Part shown: piece after piece, positions 9,373 through 18,943 of the stretch
Position numbering within the stretch: the stretch's first letter is position 1
How the letters are laid out: each line of letters begins with the position of its first letter
Assembly: GCA_051382335.1 (NCBI GenBank)
Contig: JBBCAX010000423.1
Coordinates: 1-28,492 of the forward strand
DNA length: 28,492 nucleotides
From: Deltaproteobacteria bacterium TL4
GTDB taxonomy: Bacteria; SAR324; NAC60-12
Direction: 5' to 3'
Translations under genes and position numbers: made by a program
Notes under the pieces: generated by a model
What the model was told of the DNA's origin: nothing
The model's input: only the letters and a program-made list of their open reading frames with translations
Database searches by the model: none

Positions 9373-9497
9373 CGGGCTTGGGTCTAACTTCGGCCAGGGG
9401 TAGCCTCGGGTTTCGCCCCGAGGAACAATGTGTGCGGTATCCCTTGGGACGAAACCCAGGGCTACCGTCAAAATGGCCGAACTTACGACCAAGCCCG
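9373..9497. repeat. 125-bp imperfect palindrome: MITE-like ends enclosing a GTAG REP doublet
   Basis: Outer arms CGGGCTTGGGTCTAACTTCGGCCA and TGGCCGAACTTACGACCAAGCCCG; inner arms GGTAGCCTCGGGTTTCGCCCCGAGG and CCTTGGGACGAAACCCAGGGCTACC. Confidence 0.7.
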
Positions 9498-9833
9498 TTC
9501 GCCCTTACAAATTGTGGCCGAAAATAGGACCAACCCCGTTTAATAGTTTTCAATTTTTTCCTCGCTTTGTATCTATTTAATTGTTCTTCTGAGCTCTTAT
9601 CGTAAGACAGAATACTCAATTTTAATAAATTATACAAAGCCTTTAATGTTGCCTCACACTTTTAATTGCACCCATTGGAATGGGGCAAAACGATTCACAT
9701 AGAAGTAAACGCACCAAGTGTCCGTGCTTGTGAACCAGTTACTCCAGTATACCCTTGACTCCTTGCCTGAAAAATTCCAATGAAACAATGAGTAACTAAA
9801 AATTAGAGAGTTATTTTTTTACGATTGGAAAAT

Positions 9834-11009
9834 ATGGAAAAAATCAAATCCCCCCTGATCCTTATTGTTGATGATGAACCTAGAAATATCAGCCTGTTGG
9901 GAAACATTTTAAAATTAAAAAACAAGGACTTTAACCTGGTGATTGCGACTGATGGAAAACAGGCGTTGGAAAACGCTAAACTGCGTCCTGATCTCATTTT
10001 GTTGGATGTCATGATGCCTGAATTGAACGGTTTCGAGGTGTGTCAGCAGTTGAAACAAGATCCTGAAACTAAGGAGATTCCTGTTATTTTTCTCACCGCT
10101 AAAGTGAATCCTGAGGATGTGGTTAAAGGCTTTGAGTTAGGTGCGGTGGATTATGTGACAAAACCTTTTAACTCAATAGAATTACTGGTTCGGGTGGAGA
10201 CTCATTTGAAGTTATCCTCTTCACGCCAGCAAATAGAACAACAGGCTCGTGAACTTAGGGACATGAACAATGAACTTCGAAAGACTCAGGCAAAAATCGT
10301 TCAATCCGCAAAACTCGCTTCTTTGGGGAAGCTGGCCACAGGGGTCGCTCATGAAATAAATCAGCCATTATCTTATATAAAGACCATCCTCCAAACGACA
10401 AGAGAAGACCTTAAACTAGAGGACGTCAACATTGAAGATTCGGTAGAAGTCCTGGATGAAGCCCTCAGACAAACGGAACGAATTACCGATATTATCAGCC
10501 ATCTTCGTACCTTTGGCAGAGAGGAAGAACCCTGTTTTTACGATGTGAACCTGGGAGAGGTTTTCAACAATACTTTGCTTTTAATGAAGGAACAAATACG
10601 GGTTAAAAACATTGCGCTGATTTATGAAATTGAAGAAAGTTTTCCTCTCATTAAAGGCAAAGCCAATCAGTTAGAACAGGTTTTCATCAATCTCCTGCAA
10701 AACTCCATAGATGGGTTTTTGGAAAGTCCTCAAGAACGACAGATTAACGTAGCGATGCGCTGTATTACGGAAAAGAAAAAGGTTTCTATTCTTTTCAAAG
10801 ATAATGCTTCAGGAATTCCTGAGAAACATTTAGCGAATATTTTCGATCCTTTTTACACCACGAAACCCATGGGCAAGGGAACAGGGCTCGGACTTTCGAT
10901 TGTCTATGGTATTATTAAATCGCATCTGGGGGAGATCACCTGCCATTCACAAGAGGGCATCGGAACCACCTTTATGATCACTCTTCCTGTAAAGGAGGCT
11001 ACTTCATGA
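9834..11009 (+). CDS. Hybrid response regulator / histidine kinase (REC-HisKA-HATPase, NtrB-like kinase core)
   Basis: ILIVDD, DLILLDVMMP, DYVTKPF; H-box GVAHEINQPL; QVFINLLQN; DPFYTTK..GKGTGLGL. Alternative TTG start at 9825. Confidence 0.93.
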   Translation: MEKIKSPLILIVDDEPRNISLLGNILKLKNKDFNLVIATDGKQALENAKLRPDLILLDVMMPELNGFEVCQQLKQDPETKEIPVIFLTAKVNPEDVVKGFELGAVDYVTKPFNSIELLVRVETHLKLSSSRQQIEQQARELRDMNNELRKTQAKIVQSAKLASLGKLATGVAHEINQPLSYIKTILQTTREDLKLEDVNIEDSVEVLDEALRQTERITDIISHLRTFGREEEPCFYDVNLGEVFNNTLLLMKEQIRVKNIALIYEIEESFPLIKGKANQLEQVFINLLQNSIDGFLESPQERQINVAMRCITEKKKVSILFKDNASGIPEKHLANIFDPFYTTKPMGKGTGLGLSIVYGIIKSHLGEITCHSQEGIGTTFMITLPVKEATS

Positions 11010-13504
11010 AAACAAATTCCGAGGACTCTTCATCCGATAATCATTTTTATAAACTTTGTTCCAAAGATGAAAAAGAGGTGTGGAACTCTTTAAAAAATTC
11101 GCGTTTGTTCAGTTTTTTCCCTGAGGCGCTATTGCGGCAATTGGTTCCATTGTCTGAATTGGCGGATTATTCAGTGGGTTCCGTTATCTTGGAAGAAGGG
11201 GTGTTGAATACGAAAATTTTTTTCCTCGTCTCTGGTACGGTGGGCGTTTACGCGAACAATGAACCGATTTTAACACTCCACCGTAGAGGTGATATTTTTG
11301 GCGAGATGAGTGTGATCAGTAACAAGCGTTCGTCGGCGGCTGTGGTCGCGGAAACCCCAGTTCGCTTATTCAGCATTCTTGCTAAAGATGTGGGCTCCTA
11401 TACAGATATCAATACGGATGTATTGCATCATGTGCTGTATCGTATTTTTTCCATGATGCTGACCGAAAAATTGTTTATTACGACCAAAAAAGCACAACAC
11501 TATGAACAAACCAGTCGAGACCTGGAAAGAACGCAAGAGGAATTAAAACACAAAATATCGGAGTATGAACAAGCCAAAAACGAAGTGGAACGAGCCCAGG
11601 AAGAACTAATCGCTTCCTACGAGCGGTTTTCAGGAATTCTTGAAATTGCGGAAGACGCGATTATTTCCGTTGATGAAAACTACCGTATTGTTTTATTTAA
11701 TCGGGGGGCAGAAAAGATATTTGGCTACGGAGTTCATGAAATTCTGGGACAACCGCTAACGGTTCTGATTCCTGACCGCTTTAAAAAAGCGCATCAAAAA
11801 AATGTAAAAAAGTTTGGACGCTCTAATGAAAAATCCCGTAGTATGGGCGGCATTTCAGAAATCAAGGGACTTCGAAGCGATGGGTGTGAGTTTTTTGCGG
11901 AAGCCTCCATCTCGCAACTGGAAGTAAGAAAAGAAAAACTGTTTACTGTGATTCTTCGGGACATCACCGAGCGCAAACTGGCGGAGGATCGAATTCGTAT
12001 GGCACAACAAAACGCGGAACAGGCCAATCAGGCAAAAAGCATTTTTCTTACTAATATTTCCCATGAAATCAGAACACCGATGAACGCGATTCTTGGCTTT
12101 GCTGAGATTTTGGAGAGGCAAATAACGGACAAGCAGCATCAGCAATTTTTGGCCACAATCCGTTCCAGTGGAAAAACCCTCCTTGGCTTAATTAACAATA
12201 TTTTGGATTTAAGCAAAATCGAGTCGGGGAAATTTGATCTGGAGTACACCGTAGTGAATCCTCAACTCATCTTCAAAGAAATGAAACAACTCTTTGAGGG
12301 GCAAATCCATGAAAAAGGACTGGCTTTTATCATGGAAATAGATCCAGGTCTACCTAAGTACCTCATCCTGGATGGAATTCGCTTAAGAGAAATTTTGTTA
12401 AATTTGCTGGGAAATGCTGTAAAATTTACCGCTTCGGGTAGGATCAAATTAGCCATTGTTTGTCAGTATCCCAAACGTAAATCTTTTTCTCGTCCCAATT
12501 TGAGTTTAGTAATATCAGTGGAAGATACGGGAATTGGTATTCCTAAAGAACAGCATAAGCTGATTTTTGAAGCCTTTGAACAACAAAAGGGACAAAGCCA
12601 TAATCAATACAAAGGAACAGGGTTAGGACTGGCCATTACGAAACGTCTGGTACAGATGATGGATGGCCGTATCGAGGTCAAAAGCGATCAGGGAAAAGGC
12701 GCAACCTTTCGGGTGACGCTAAAAAATATCGAAATCGCGGCAATCTCCAGTGAACTCGAACAAGAACTGCCCCTAGCGTTTAAGTCGATTATGTTTAAAA
12801 ATAAGTCCATTCTCATTGTTGAGGATATTGAAGTTAACCGGAATGTGATTAAAGGCTTTCTGGAAGGACATGGGGTTCAGTTATGGGAAGCGGACAATGG
12901 AAAGGTGGGATTGGAGCTTGCCCAAAAGATTCGTCCTGATTTAATTTTAATGGATATGAGGATGCCTGTGATGGATGGCTATGAAGCCACCACCATTTTA
13001 AAACAGGACAAAGACTTAAAGCAAATCCCTGTGATCGCCTTAACCGCGTCGGCCATTAGAGAAGAAGAGAAAAAAATAAGAAATTTGTGTAACGCGTTCT
13101 TGAGCAAACCGGTTAGCAAATCAGAACTCATGGAAATGCTGATGCAGTTTTTGGATCATTCCATCGAAATTGCGCCCTCGCCTTCTCTTCCCGCACCAAC
13201 TTCTCAAATGATTTCCCCCGAGGTTCGAGCTCAGTTACCAGAATTAAAACAACATTTGGAGGATCATCTCCAAGGGTGGAAAAAGATGTCAACACAACTG
13301 ATTTCAAATGAGATCGAGGCCTTCGCGCAAAAAATGCTGAATTGGGGAAGTGCCTATCATTACGAACCACTAAGCCATTGGGCGAAACAGTTGGAATCTG
13401 AAATTCTGATTTTTGATCTGGAAGCCTTTCAGCAAACATTGAAAAGTTTTCCTGAAATAATCAAAACTTTGGAGGCTGACCTTAATTCGGAATTAGCCTC
13501 GTGA
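11006..13504 (+). CDS. Cytoplasmic hybrid histidine kinase (cNMP-binding-like, PAS, HisKA, HATPase, REC, HPt-like tail)
   Basis: GDIFGEMS (cNMP fold), FNRGAEKIFGY (PAS), SHEIRTPMN, NLLGNAVKFT, DTGIG, GTGLGL, DLILMDMRMP. ATGA overlap with the upstream gene. Confidence 0.93.
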   Translation: MKTNSEDSSSDNHFYKLCSKDEKEVWNSLKNSRLFSFFPEALLRQLVPLSELADYSVGSVILEEGVLNTKIFFLVSGTVGVYANNEPILTLHRRGDIFGEMSVISNKRSSAAVVAETPVRLFSILAKDVGSYTDINTDVLHHVLYRIFSMMLTEKLFITTKKAQHYEQTSRDLERTQEELKHKISEYEQAKNEVERAQEELIASYERFSGILEIAEDAIISVDENYRIVLFNRGAEKIFGYGVHEILGQPLTVLIPDRFKKAHQKNVKKFGRSNEKSRSMGGISEIKGLRSDGCEFFAEASISQLEVRKEKLFTVILRDITERKLAEDRIRMAQQNAEQANQAKSIFLTNISHEIRTPMNAILGFAEILERQITDKQHQQFLATIRSSGKTLLGLINNILDLSKIESGKFDLEYTVVNPQLIFKEMKQLFEGQIHEKGLAFIMEIDPGLPKYLILDGIRLREILLNLLGNAVKFTASGRIKLAIVCQYPKRKSFSRPNLSLVISVEDTGIGIPKEQHKLIFEAFEQQKGQSHNQYKGTGLGLAITKRLVQMMDGRIEVKSDQGKGATFRVTLKNIEIAAISSELEQELPLAFKSIMFKNKSILIVEDIEVNRNVIKGFLEGHGVQLWEADNGKVGLELAQKIRPDLILMDMRMPVMDGYEATTILKQDKDLKQIPVIALTASAIREEEKKIRNLCNAFLSKPVSKSELMEMLMQFLDHSIEIAPSPSLPAPTSQMISPEVRAQLPELKQHLEDHLQGWKKMSTQLISNEIEAFAQKMLNWGSAYHYEPLSHWAKQLESEILIFDLEAFQQTLKSFPEIIKTLEADLNSELAS

Positions 13505-13543
13505 AGCATAACAAAGCAGTCTAACAGTTCAGGAGAGAGTCGC

Positions 13544-14365
13544 ATGGAAAAAAATAAAATTTTGATTATTGATGATGAAGAAATTTTATGGAAGGCCTTA
13601 AAGGAGGCCTTAAAGCACGAAAATTATGCTTTATTTTTTGCCAAAGATGGCGCTAAAGGATTATCCGTCTTAAAAGAAATTTCTCCTGTGATTGTCATTA
13701 CCGATTTACGGATGCCTGTGATGGATGGCGTCGATCTCCTCAAAAAACTACAAGCCACGCCTGAAGATCCCTATTCCATTATTGTCCTGACAGGACATGG
13801 CAGCGATAAAGATGTAGAAGCCTGCTATAATCTGGGGATCTATACGTTCCTGAGAAAGCCGTTTAACGTTTATGAAGTCAGAGGGGTGATTAAACAAAGC
13901 ATTAAGCTAAAACAAACTCAGCGACAATTAAAACAAGCCTATGAAAAACTGGAAAAAGTTGACGCGATGAAAGATGCCCTCATGGAGAATCTGGCGCAAA
14001 GCATACAGACGCCTATTTCCGAAATATTGGAAGACATCAATGCCTTGCAAGATGATTTATTACCTTCTGAAAAATATGAGCAGTACATCCACAGAGCCAT
14101 TGAAAACACAAAAAGACTTTCTCGTTTTGTGGATATCACGCTGGGTCTTCATCTCCCCAAACAGTACGAATCTGCTATTAGAAAAGCCACAGATCTTCTG
14201 GGAACCATGGAGAATCATCCCGGCATTGCAGAATTAAAAACCGCATTAGAGTATACCTTGAACCATCAGGAACATGAGCTCGCAGCCCATTTTTTAGATC
14301 AGGAAGAAGCTAAATTGGAAGAAGAAATATTCGAAGAAGCAGGTTTTAAAAGTAACAAAGATTGA
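13544..14365 (+). CDS. Response regulator with a coiled coil and degenerate HisKA-like C-terminus
   Basis: ILIIDDE, ITDLRMPVMDG, LTGHG, KPF, then NLAQSIQTPISEI; AGGAGAG RBS. Confidence 0.85.
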   Translation: MEKNKILIIDDEEILWKALKEALKHENYALFFAKDGAKGLSVLKEISPVIVITDLRMPVMDGVDLLKKLQATPEDPYSIIVLTGHGSDKDVEACYNLGIYTFLRKPFNVYEVRGVIKQSIKLKQTQRQLKQAYEKLEKVDAMKDALMENLAQSIQTPISEILEDINALQDDLLPSEKYEQYIHRAIENTKRLSRFVDITLGLHLPKQYESAIRKATDLLGTMENHPGIAELKTALEYTLNHQEHELAAHFLDQEEAKLEEEIFEEAGFKSNKD

Positions 14366-14417
14366 TTTTATTAGCGATACCCCGAGTTATCATAATCCAG
14401 TTAAGGTAGGTTGAGTC

Positions 14418-15587
14418 ATGACTTCAGAGTTAGAACTGATACAGAAACTTCCTGAAATCAAAGATCCCACGAAGTTTTTTCTATTTATTGAAAAGGAAAT
14501 GATAGAGCGGATTGCGCTCATGAAAAAATATCGGAATCAGGGAGAACTTGAAAAAATGGTGCAGCGATTTAAAAGGATTGTGACGAAACCTGATGTTAAT
14601 GAAGCTAAGGTCAGTGGTGCGCTGATTAGCAAATATTATCCTTCTTATGTCATGAAGGACTGTGTTCGTCGTTTACGGGCCAATCCTTACAATTCAAAGG
14701 CCCGCTTAAAGTTACTTACCCCTTTTTTTAAAAAAAGAATAAACGCCAGTATTTTAGTCTATCGGGAAGCCTTGATTCAAGCCTTGATTGAACTGGATTC
14801 CAGCCATGTTACAGGAGAAAAATTAAACATGGCTCGTCATTTACAAAGTAGTTATTTGGAAAAACTCACAGAAAGTTTGAATATGACGGTAAAGGATAAA
14901 GATGAGGATGGAAAGATTTCTGGAAAAGACATTTCAACACTTAGCGCCAGTGTGGACCAAAAAGAGCAAATACTACGTCAAAAAAAGGGAGGTTCTTTTG
15001 TAAAAGAATGTCGGGTTTTACTAAAAGATAAACGGATTGAGGAAAAGGTTGAAATTGATTTCAATGGCCTCATCAATGAAACAAAAATCACGCCTGAACA
15101 GCGTCAATTTTATATATCCATTCTATCGTCAATCGTTTATTTGCCCTCAGCACACAGGATTATGAAAAAATGGATACTCCTCTCAAAAAAAGTGTTTGAT
15201 CCCTATCCTCTGGGAGCACTCTATGAATCCAAAATGAACAGGATCTACGCCCAAATCTATCTTGCCGCGCGTAATGCTGGTGATCGAAGATTTCGCATGG
15301 ATCTGCTCCGTGTTTATACAGACTCCTTAAACATCATGAGCACGGCCGTTTCCCAAATAAAAAAGGATCCTACTGTGATCGAAAAAGCGTGCATTTTTGA
15401 ATATGCGCGTCTGTGTCTGGCGATAGCTCAGAATTTACCACTCTATGATTTAGATATCCCTGTTTCTCATTTTGACCGGATACAGGAAAGTATCAACTTG
15501 TTGAATTCGTTGACTGACGAAAAAGGAATTATTGAAATGCAAGCAGTCTTGTATCGTGTCTTGAAAAACAAAAAACGCATTTGGTGA
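14418..15587 (+). CDS. Hypothetical basic, alpha-helical protein
   Basis: 389-aa ORF co-directional with the signalling operon, with an AGGTAGG RBS-like sequence; no family recognised. Confidence 0.75.
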   Translation: MTSELELIQKLPEIKDPTKFFLFIEKEMIERIALMKKYRNQGELEKMVQRFKRIVTKPDVNEAKVSGALISKYYPSYVMKDCVRRLRANPYNSKARLKLLTPFFKKRINASILVYREALIQALIELDSSHVTGEKLNMARHLQSSYLEKLTESLNMTVKDKDEDGKISGKDISTLSASVDQKEQILRQKKGGSFVKECRVLLKDKRIEEKVEIDFNGLINETKITPEQRQFYISILSSIVYLPSAHRIMKKWILLSKKVFDPYPLGALYESKMNRIYAQIYLAARNAGDRRFRMDLLRVYTDSLNIMSTAVSQIKKDPTVIEKACIFEYARLCLAIAQNLPLYDLDIPVSHFDRIQESINLLNSLTDEKGIIEMQAVLYRVLKNKKRIW

Positions 15588-15779
15588 TAAGGGTTCCAGA
15601 AGATCTGAGCCGCACCTTGAAAAATGCTAAATGAAATAACCGCCAGGCTGCAGACGGAATAAATACGCGTTAAAGTTCGTTATTGTTTGTTGCCTTTAAT
15701 TTGAGTATAGTGGGACCCGCTCAACCCCAATGATGGGGCGATATCGCCTATTTTTAAATTCTTACGATGGAGACGGTTA

Positions 15780-16694
15780 ATGCTAAAACATGCCAGGCTT
15801 ATAGGAATGGTCCTTGCGATCAATACCCTTCCCGCCTTACTTTGGGGCACTCCCATTGAGGTGACGGTCAGTATTTTACCGCAAAAATTCTTTGTGGAAA
15901 AAATTGGAGGTTCGCAAACACGAGTGAATGTCATGGTTGGTCCCGGTTCAGATCCCCACACGTTTGAACCGACTCCCAAGCAAATGATTGCGCTTAGCCA
16001 TGCTCAGCTTTATTTTGCGATCGGTATTGAATTCGAAAAAATATGGCTCGCTAAATTCCAAAGACTCAATCCCCAAATGCGGATCATTCATACGGATCAA
16101 GGCATAGAAAAACTGCCGGGTCTAGACGATGATCATGAACACTCGGAAAACGAGTCCTCCCCAGTCGCGCCTTTGCGACAACATCCTAAAGAAGCGAGTC
16201 CTCATGGGGAAGATCCTCACATTTGGCTTTCTCCTTTGTTGGTACAAAAACAAGCGCAAACCATATTCCAGGCTTTAATTCAAATAGACCCTGCCCATCA
16301 AACACAGTACACAACACAGTCTCAACATTTTCAGAGCCAACTCGTATCACTGCATGAGGAATTCACACACCTTTTCTCGAGTCAAACCGGGCAGCGTGCC
16401 TTTCTGATCTATCATCCGGTTTTAGCTTATTTCGCAAAAGATTATGGCTTAACCCAACATGCCATTGAAATTGAAGGGAAGCAGCCGAAACCCGCACAGC
16501 TCCAGAGACTGATTGACTATGCCAAAGACAAAGGCCTTCACCTGGTTGTGACTCAACCTCAATTTGATCCAAGAAGCGGTAAGATGATCACGACTGCGAT
16601 TGGAGGGAAAGTCCTCTCTTTTGACCCTCTCGCGGAAGCGTGGGATCAAAACTTAAGAAAATTTGCGCAGACTTTCCATCAATCTTTTCCCTAA
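15780..16694 (+). CDS. znuA: Zn/Mn ABC transporter substrate-binding protein
   Basis: Signal peptide, DPHTFEP, His/acid-rich loop, DPHIWLSP, YHP...YFAKDYGL, EGKQP. Confidence 0.9.
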   Translation: MLKHARLIGMVLAINTLPALLWGTPIEVTVSILPQKFFVEKIGGSQTRVNVMVGPGSDPHTFEPTPKQMIALSHAQLYFAIGIEFEKIWLAKFQRLNPQMRIIHTDQGIEKLPGLDDDHEHSENESSPVAPLRQHPKEASPHGEDPHIWLSPLLVQKQAQTIFQALIQIDPAHQTQYTTQSQHFQSQLVSLHEEFTHLFSSQTGQRAFLIYHPVLAYFAKDYGLTQHAIEIEGKQPKPAQLQRLIDYAKDKGLHLVVTQPQFDPRSGKMITTAIGGKVLSFDPLAEAWDQNLRKFAQTFHQSFP

Positions 16695-16706
16695 AGGGTA
16701 TCGTCT

Positions 16707-17474
16707 ATGTCCGTGCTTAACATTCAAGAACTCAATTTTGCTTACAGCAAGGGAATCACTGTGTTGGAAAAGGTCAACCTCGTCGTGGAGCAAGGGGATT
16801 TTTTGGTGATTTTAGGTCCCAATGGAGGAGGCAAAACGACATTGTTAAAATTGATTCTGGGCTTGTTGAAACCGATCACGGGAACCATTGAACTGTTTGG
16901 TAAAAAATCAGCTAAAGAGGTCCAACGCATAGGTTATGTTCCTCAACAAACCAGTATCAATACCGAGTTTCCCGTTTCTGTTCTGGATGTGGTTCTGATG
17001 GGTGCAGAAAAAACAGGCAATTTTCGCTGGGAACATTATTCCCAACGTAAGGAAGCGGCGTTGAAGGCACTGGACCGGGTGGGTATGACCGATTTGTCCA
17101 GTAACCGTATTGGTAAACTTTCAGGGGGACAACGTCAACGCGTCATTATCGCCAGAGCTTTGATGAGCCAGCCAGAACTGTTGATGTTGGATGAACCGAC
17201 TGCCAGTATTGATAACGTAGGAAAAGGGGAGTTTTACGAATTGTTGCAGCAATTAAACCAATCCATGACCATTATTTCAATCAGTCATGATATGAGCATC
17301 ATCCCTGCGATCGCCAAATCAATTGCTTGCATTAACCGAACATTGCATTTTCACCCCGCACCGGAACTCACGCCTGAAATGTTAAAAATGATTTATGGTT
17401 ATGATGAAGATGCCTGCCCTATTGAGCTGGTAGCCCATGGAATGCCTCACCGCACTCTTCACCCCCACGAGTAA
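16707..17474 (+). CDS. znuC: Zn/Mn ABC transporter ATP-binding protein
   Basis: GPNGGGKTT, GYVPQ, LSGGQRQR, LDEPT, SHD and a His/Cys-containing tail. Confidence 0.9.
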   Translation: MSVLNIQELNFAYSKGITVLEKVNLVVEQGDFLVILGPNGGGKTTLLKLILGLLKPITGTIELFGKKSAKEVQRIGYVPQQTSINTEFPVSVLDVVLMGAEKTGNFRWEHYSQRKEAALKALDRVGMTDLSSNRIGKLSGGQRQRVIIARALMSQPELLMLDEPTASIDNVGKGEFYELLQQLNQSMTIISISHDMSIIPAIAKSIACINRTLHFHPAPELTPEMLKMIYGYDEDACPIELVAHGMPHRTLHPHE

Positions 17475-17548
17475 CTGAGTTTCACAAGCTCGTGTTGACT
17501 CAGCAACTTATGATTCAGAATGTTGAAACCTTGAAGAAAGCCAGTTTA

Positions 17549-17611
17549 GGCCATAGTCATCGTTTCGCCAAAATGGAGGCAATCCAAGGATAGACAAACA
17601 GGCAGGAATTT
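17549..17611 (+). mobile_element. Solo IS terminus (copy 2), inverted relative to 484-546
   Basis: 62/63 identity to the reverse complement of 484-546; no transposase follows. Confidence 0.75.
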
Positions 17612-17686
17612 TAGCGAAGCGAGTGCACCAAAAATAAGGGGACAGCAAGCTTTCTGGTGCGCTCGCTTCACTTAAGCGCACCCTAC
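17612..17686. repeat. GTAG-type REP doublet with a truncated left copy
   Basis: Minus-strand GTAGGGTGCGCTTAAGTGAAGCGAGCGCACCA (17655-17686) faces the partial copy GAAGCGAGTGCACCA (17616-17630). Confidence 0.7.
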
Positions 17687-17706
17687 ATCCATTCTCGGAC
17701 AGCCAC

Positions 17707-18771
17707 CTAGGCTTTTTGAGATTCCAAGCCAACTCCGTGCCTTGTTACCAAATCGTCTCTATACCGCCCGGGCGGAATTCCAGTCCATTTTTTGAAAGCC
17801 CGCATAAAACTTGAGGGTTCACAATAGTCGAGCAGAAAAGCAATCTCATCAATGGTCCAGTTGGTTGTTGTGAGATATTGTAAAGCCAGCTCTTTGCGGA
17901 CCTTATCCATAATATCTTGGTAAGTGGTATTGACCTTGTTCAACTGACGACGGAGTGTTCGCGGGGTCATATGGAGGATGTTCGCCAAAACATCCTGGCT
18001 GGGAAAACGTTCCGGGGTTTTTAATAAAATTTGACGGATATGCGCTGATAGATCTTTAGAGTCTGCCAGAGACGAGAGCATGGCTTCACATTGTTGGATG
18101 GCTATTTTGGACAGTGTTGAATTCGCCATGGGAAAGGGCTGTTCCAGGGTCTGGGCCGAAAAGGTGACCTGATTACACGGTTGTTCGAAACTAACGTCAG
18201 TATTGAAGATTTCTTTGTAAACAGGCGAGTATGAGGGTTCAGGATAACGAACATGGATGGAAACTTCCGGCATTTTATCTCCCAGTAAAAAGGACATCCC
18301 ACCGTAGAGTGTACTGAGGATGCTTTCTATGGTAAAAGGGTAACTGGAACCCAAATCCAACAGGGATTCTATTTTAATGACGACGGTTTGATCGTTTATT
18401 TGGAAATTTGAGGTGATCATTCGGTTACGAATTTTGAAATATTTGGAAATCAGATGCAACGCCGTCCATAGATTAGGACTGCTGATGGCCACATATCCCA
18501 AGATTCCGTGAGAGACCCCATCACAGTTTTGCCCCACATGAAGAGCAAAGGCAGGATCATAATCAAAGATTTTTTTATTCCCGATGAGCGATTTGTACTG
18601 AGAGATTGTAATGAACGCCTCTTTTTCCTTCAAAATTTCTTTCTTTATGCCGGCCTCTTCCAATAAACCTTGAGGATCCAAGCCCATCTTTTCTGCCATT
18701 TTGAGGAAAATACTGACATATTCAACGGACAAAGCGGGTGCGTTGTCCCTATCTGTTTTTATTAACTCCAT
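17707..18771 (-). CDS. AraC-family transcriptional regulator (OruR/VirS-like N-terminal domain)
   Basis: HGILGYVAISSPNL..AL, C-terminal LHMTPRTLRRQL and IAFLLDYCEPSSFMRAFKKWTG.PPG.YR. Likely ATG at 18771 with a GGGGA RBS, rather than the TTG at 18921. Confidence 0.9.
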   Translation of the reverse strand: MELIKTDRDNAPALSVEYVSIFLKMAEKMGLDPQGLLEEAGIKKEILKEKEAFITISQYKSLIGNKKIFDYDPAFALHVGQNCDGVSHGILGYVAISSPNLWTALHLISKYFKIRNRMITSNFQINDQTVVIKIESLLDLGSSYPFTIESILSTLYGGMSFLLGDKMPEVSIHVRYPEPSYSPVYKEIFNTDVSFEQPCNQVTFSAQTLEQPFPMANSTLSKIAIQQCEAMLSSLADSKDLSAHIRQILLKTPERFPSQDVLANILHMTPRTLRRQLNKVNTTYQDIMDKVRKELALQYLTTTNWTIDEIAFLLDYCEPSSFMRAFKKWTGIPPGRYRDDLVTRHGVGLESQKA

Positions 18772-18905
18772 GCCGTCCCCACATCCAATAAACAGGTTGT
18801 TCGCCTGATCTGTAATCATGAAATATCTTTGAGAGTCGTCTTGATTCTCGCAAACTAGACAGTGAATCAGAATTTTAAAATCAGACCACAACCCCTCGCC
18901 TTTTC

Positions 18906-18942
18906 TGTCCTGATAAGACAATTACTTTGTCCTATCATGTCA
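18906..18942. promoter_or_regulatory. Putative tandem AraC-type operator half-sites
   Basis: TGTCCTGATAAGACA and TGTCCTATCATGTCA start 22 bp apart (about two helical turns) in the divergent intergenic region. Confidence 0.5.
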
Positions 18943-18943
18943 T

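Noticed and set aside
9382..9489. attC site after the Imm5-like gene (GTCTAAC fits RYYYAAC)
   Set aside because: The opposite arm reads CTTACGAC and lacks GTT; the palindrome extends beyond the putative boxes.
8925..9637. Several overlapping ORFs around the Imm5-like gene
   Set aside because: Expected from high GC content and the palindrome; no RBS or recognisable motifs.
9688..9742. Possible degenerate IS66-type MITE (AAACGATTCAC...GTGAACCAGTTAC)
   Set aside because: The inverted repeat is too short and mismatched, with no TSD.
17508..17732. 74-aa ORF sharing CLSILGLPPFWRNDDYG with ORF 318-560
   Set aside because: A by-product of the duplicated 63-bp IS end, not a protein family.
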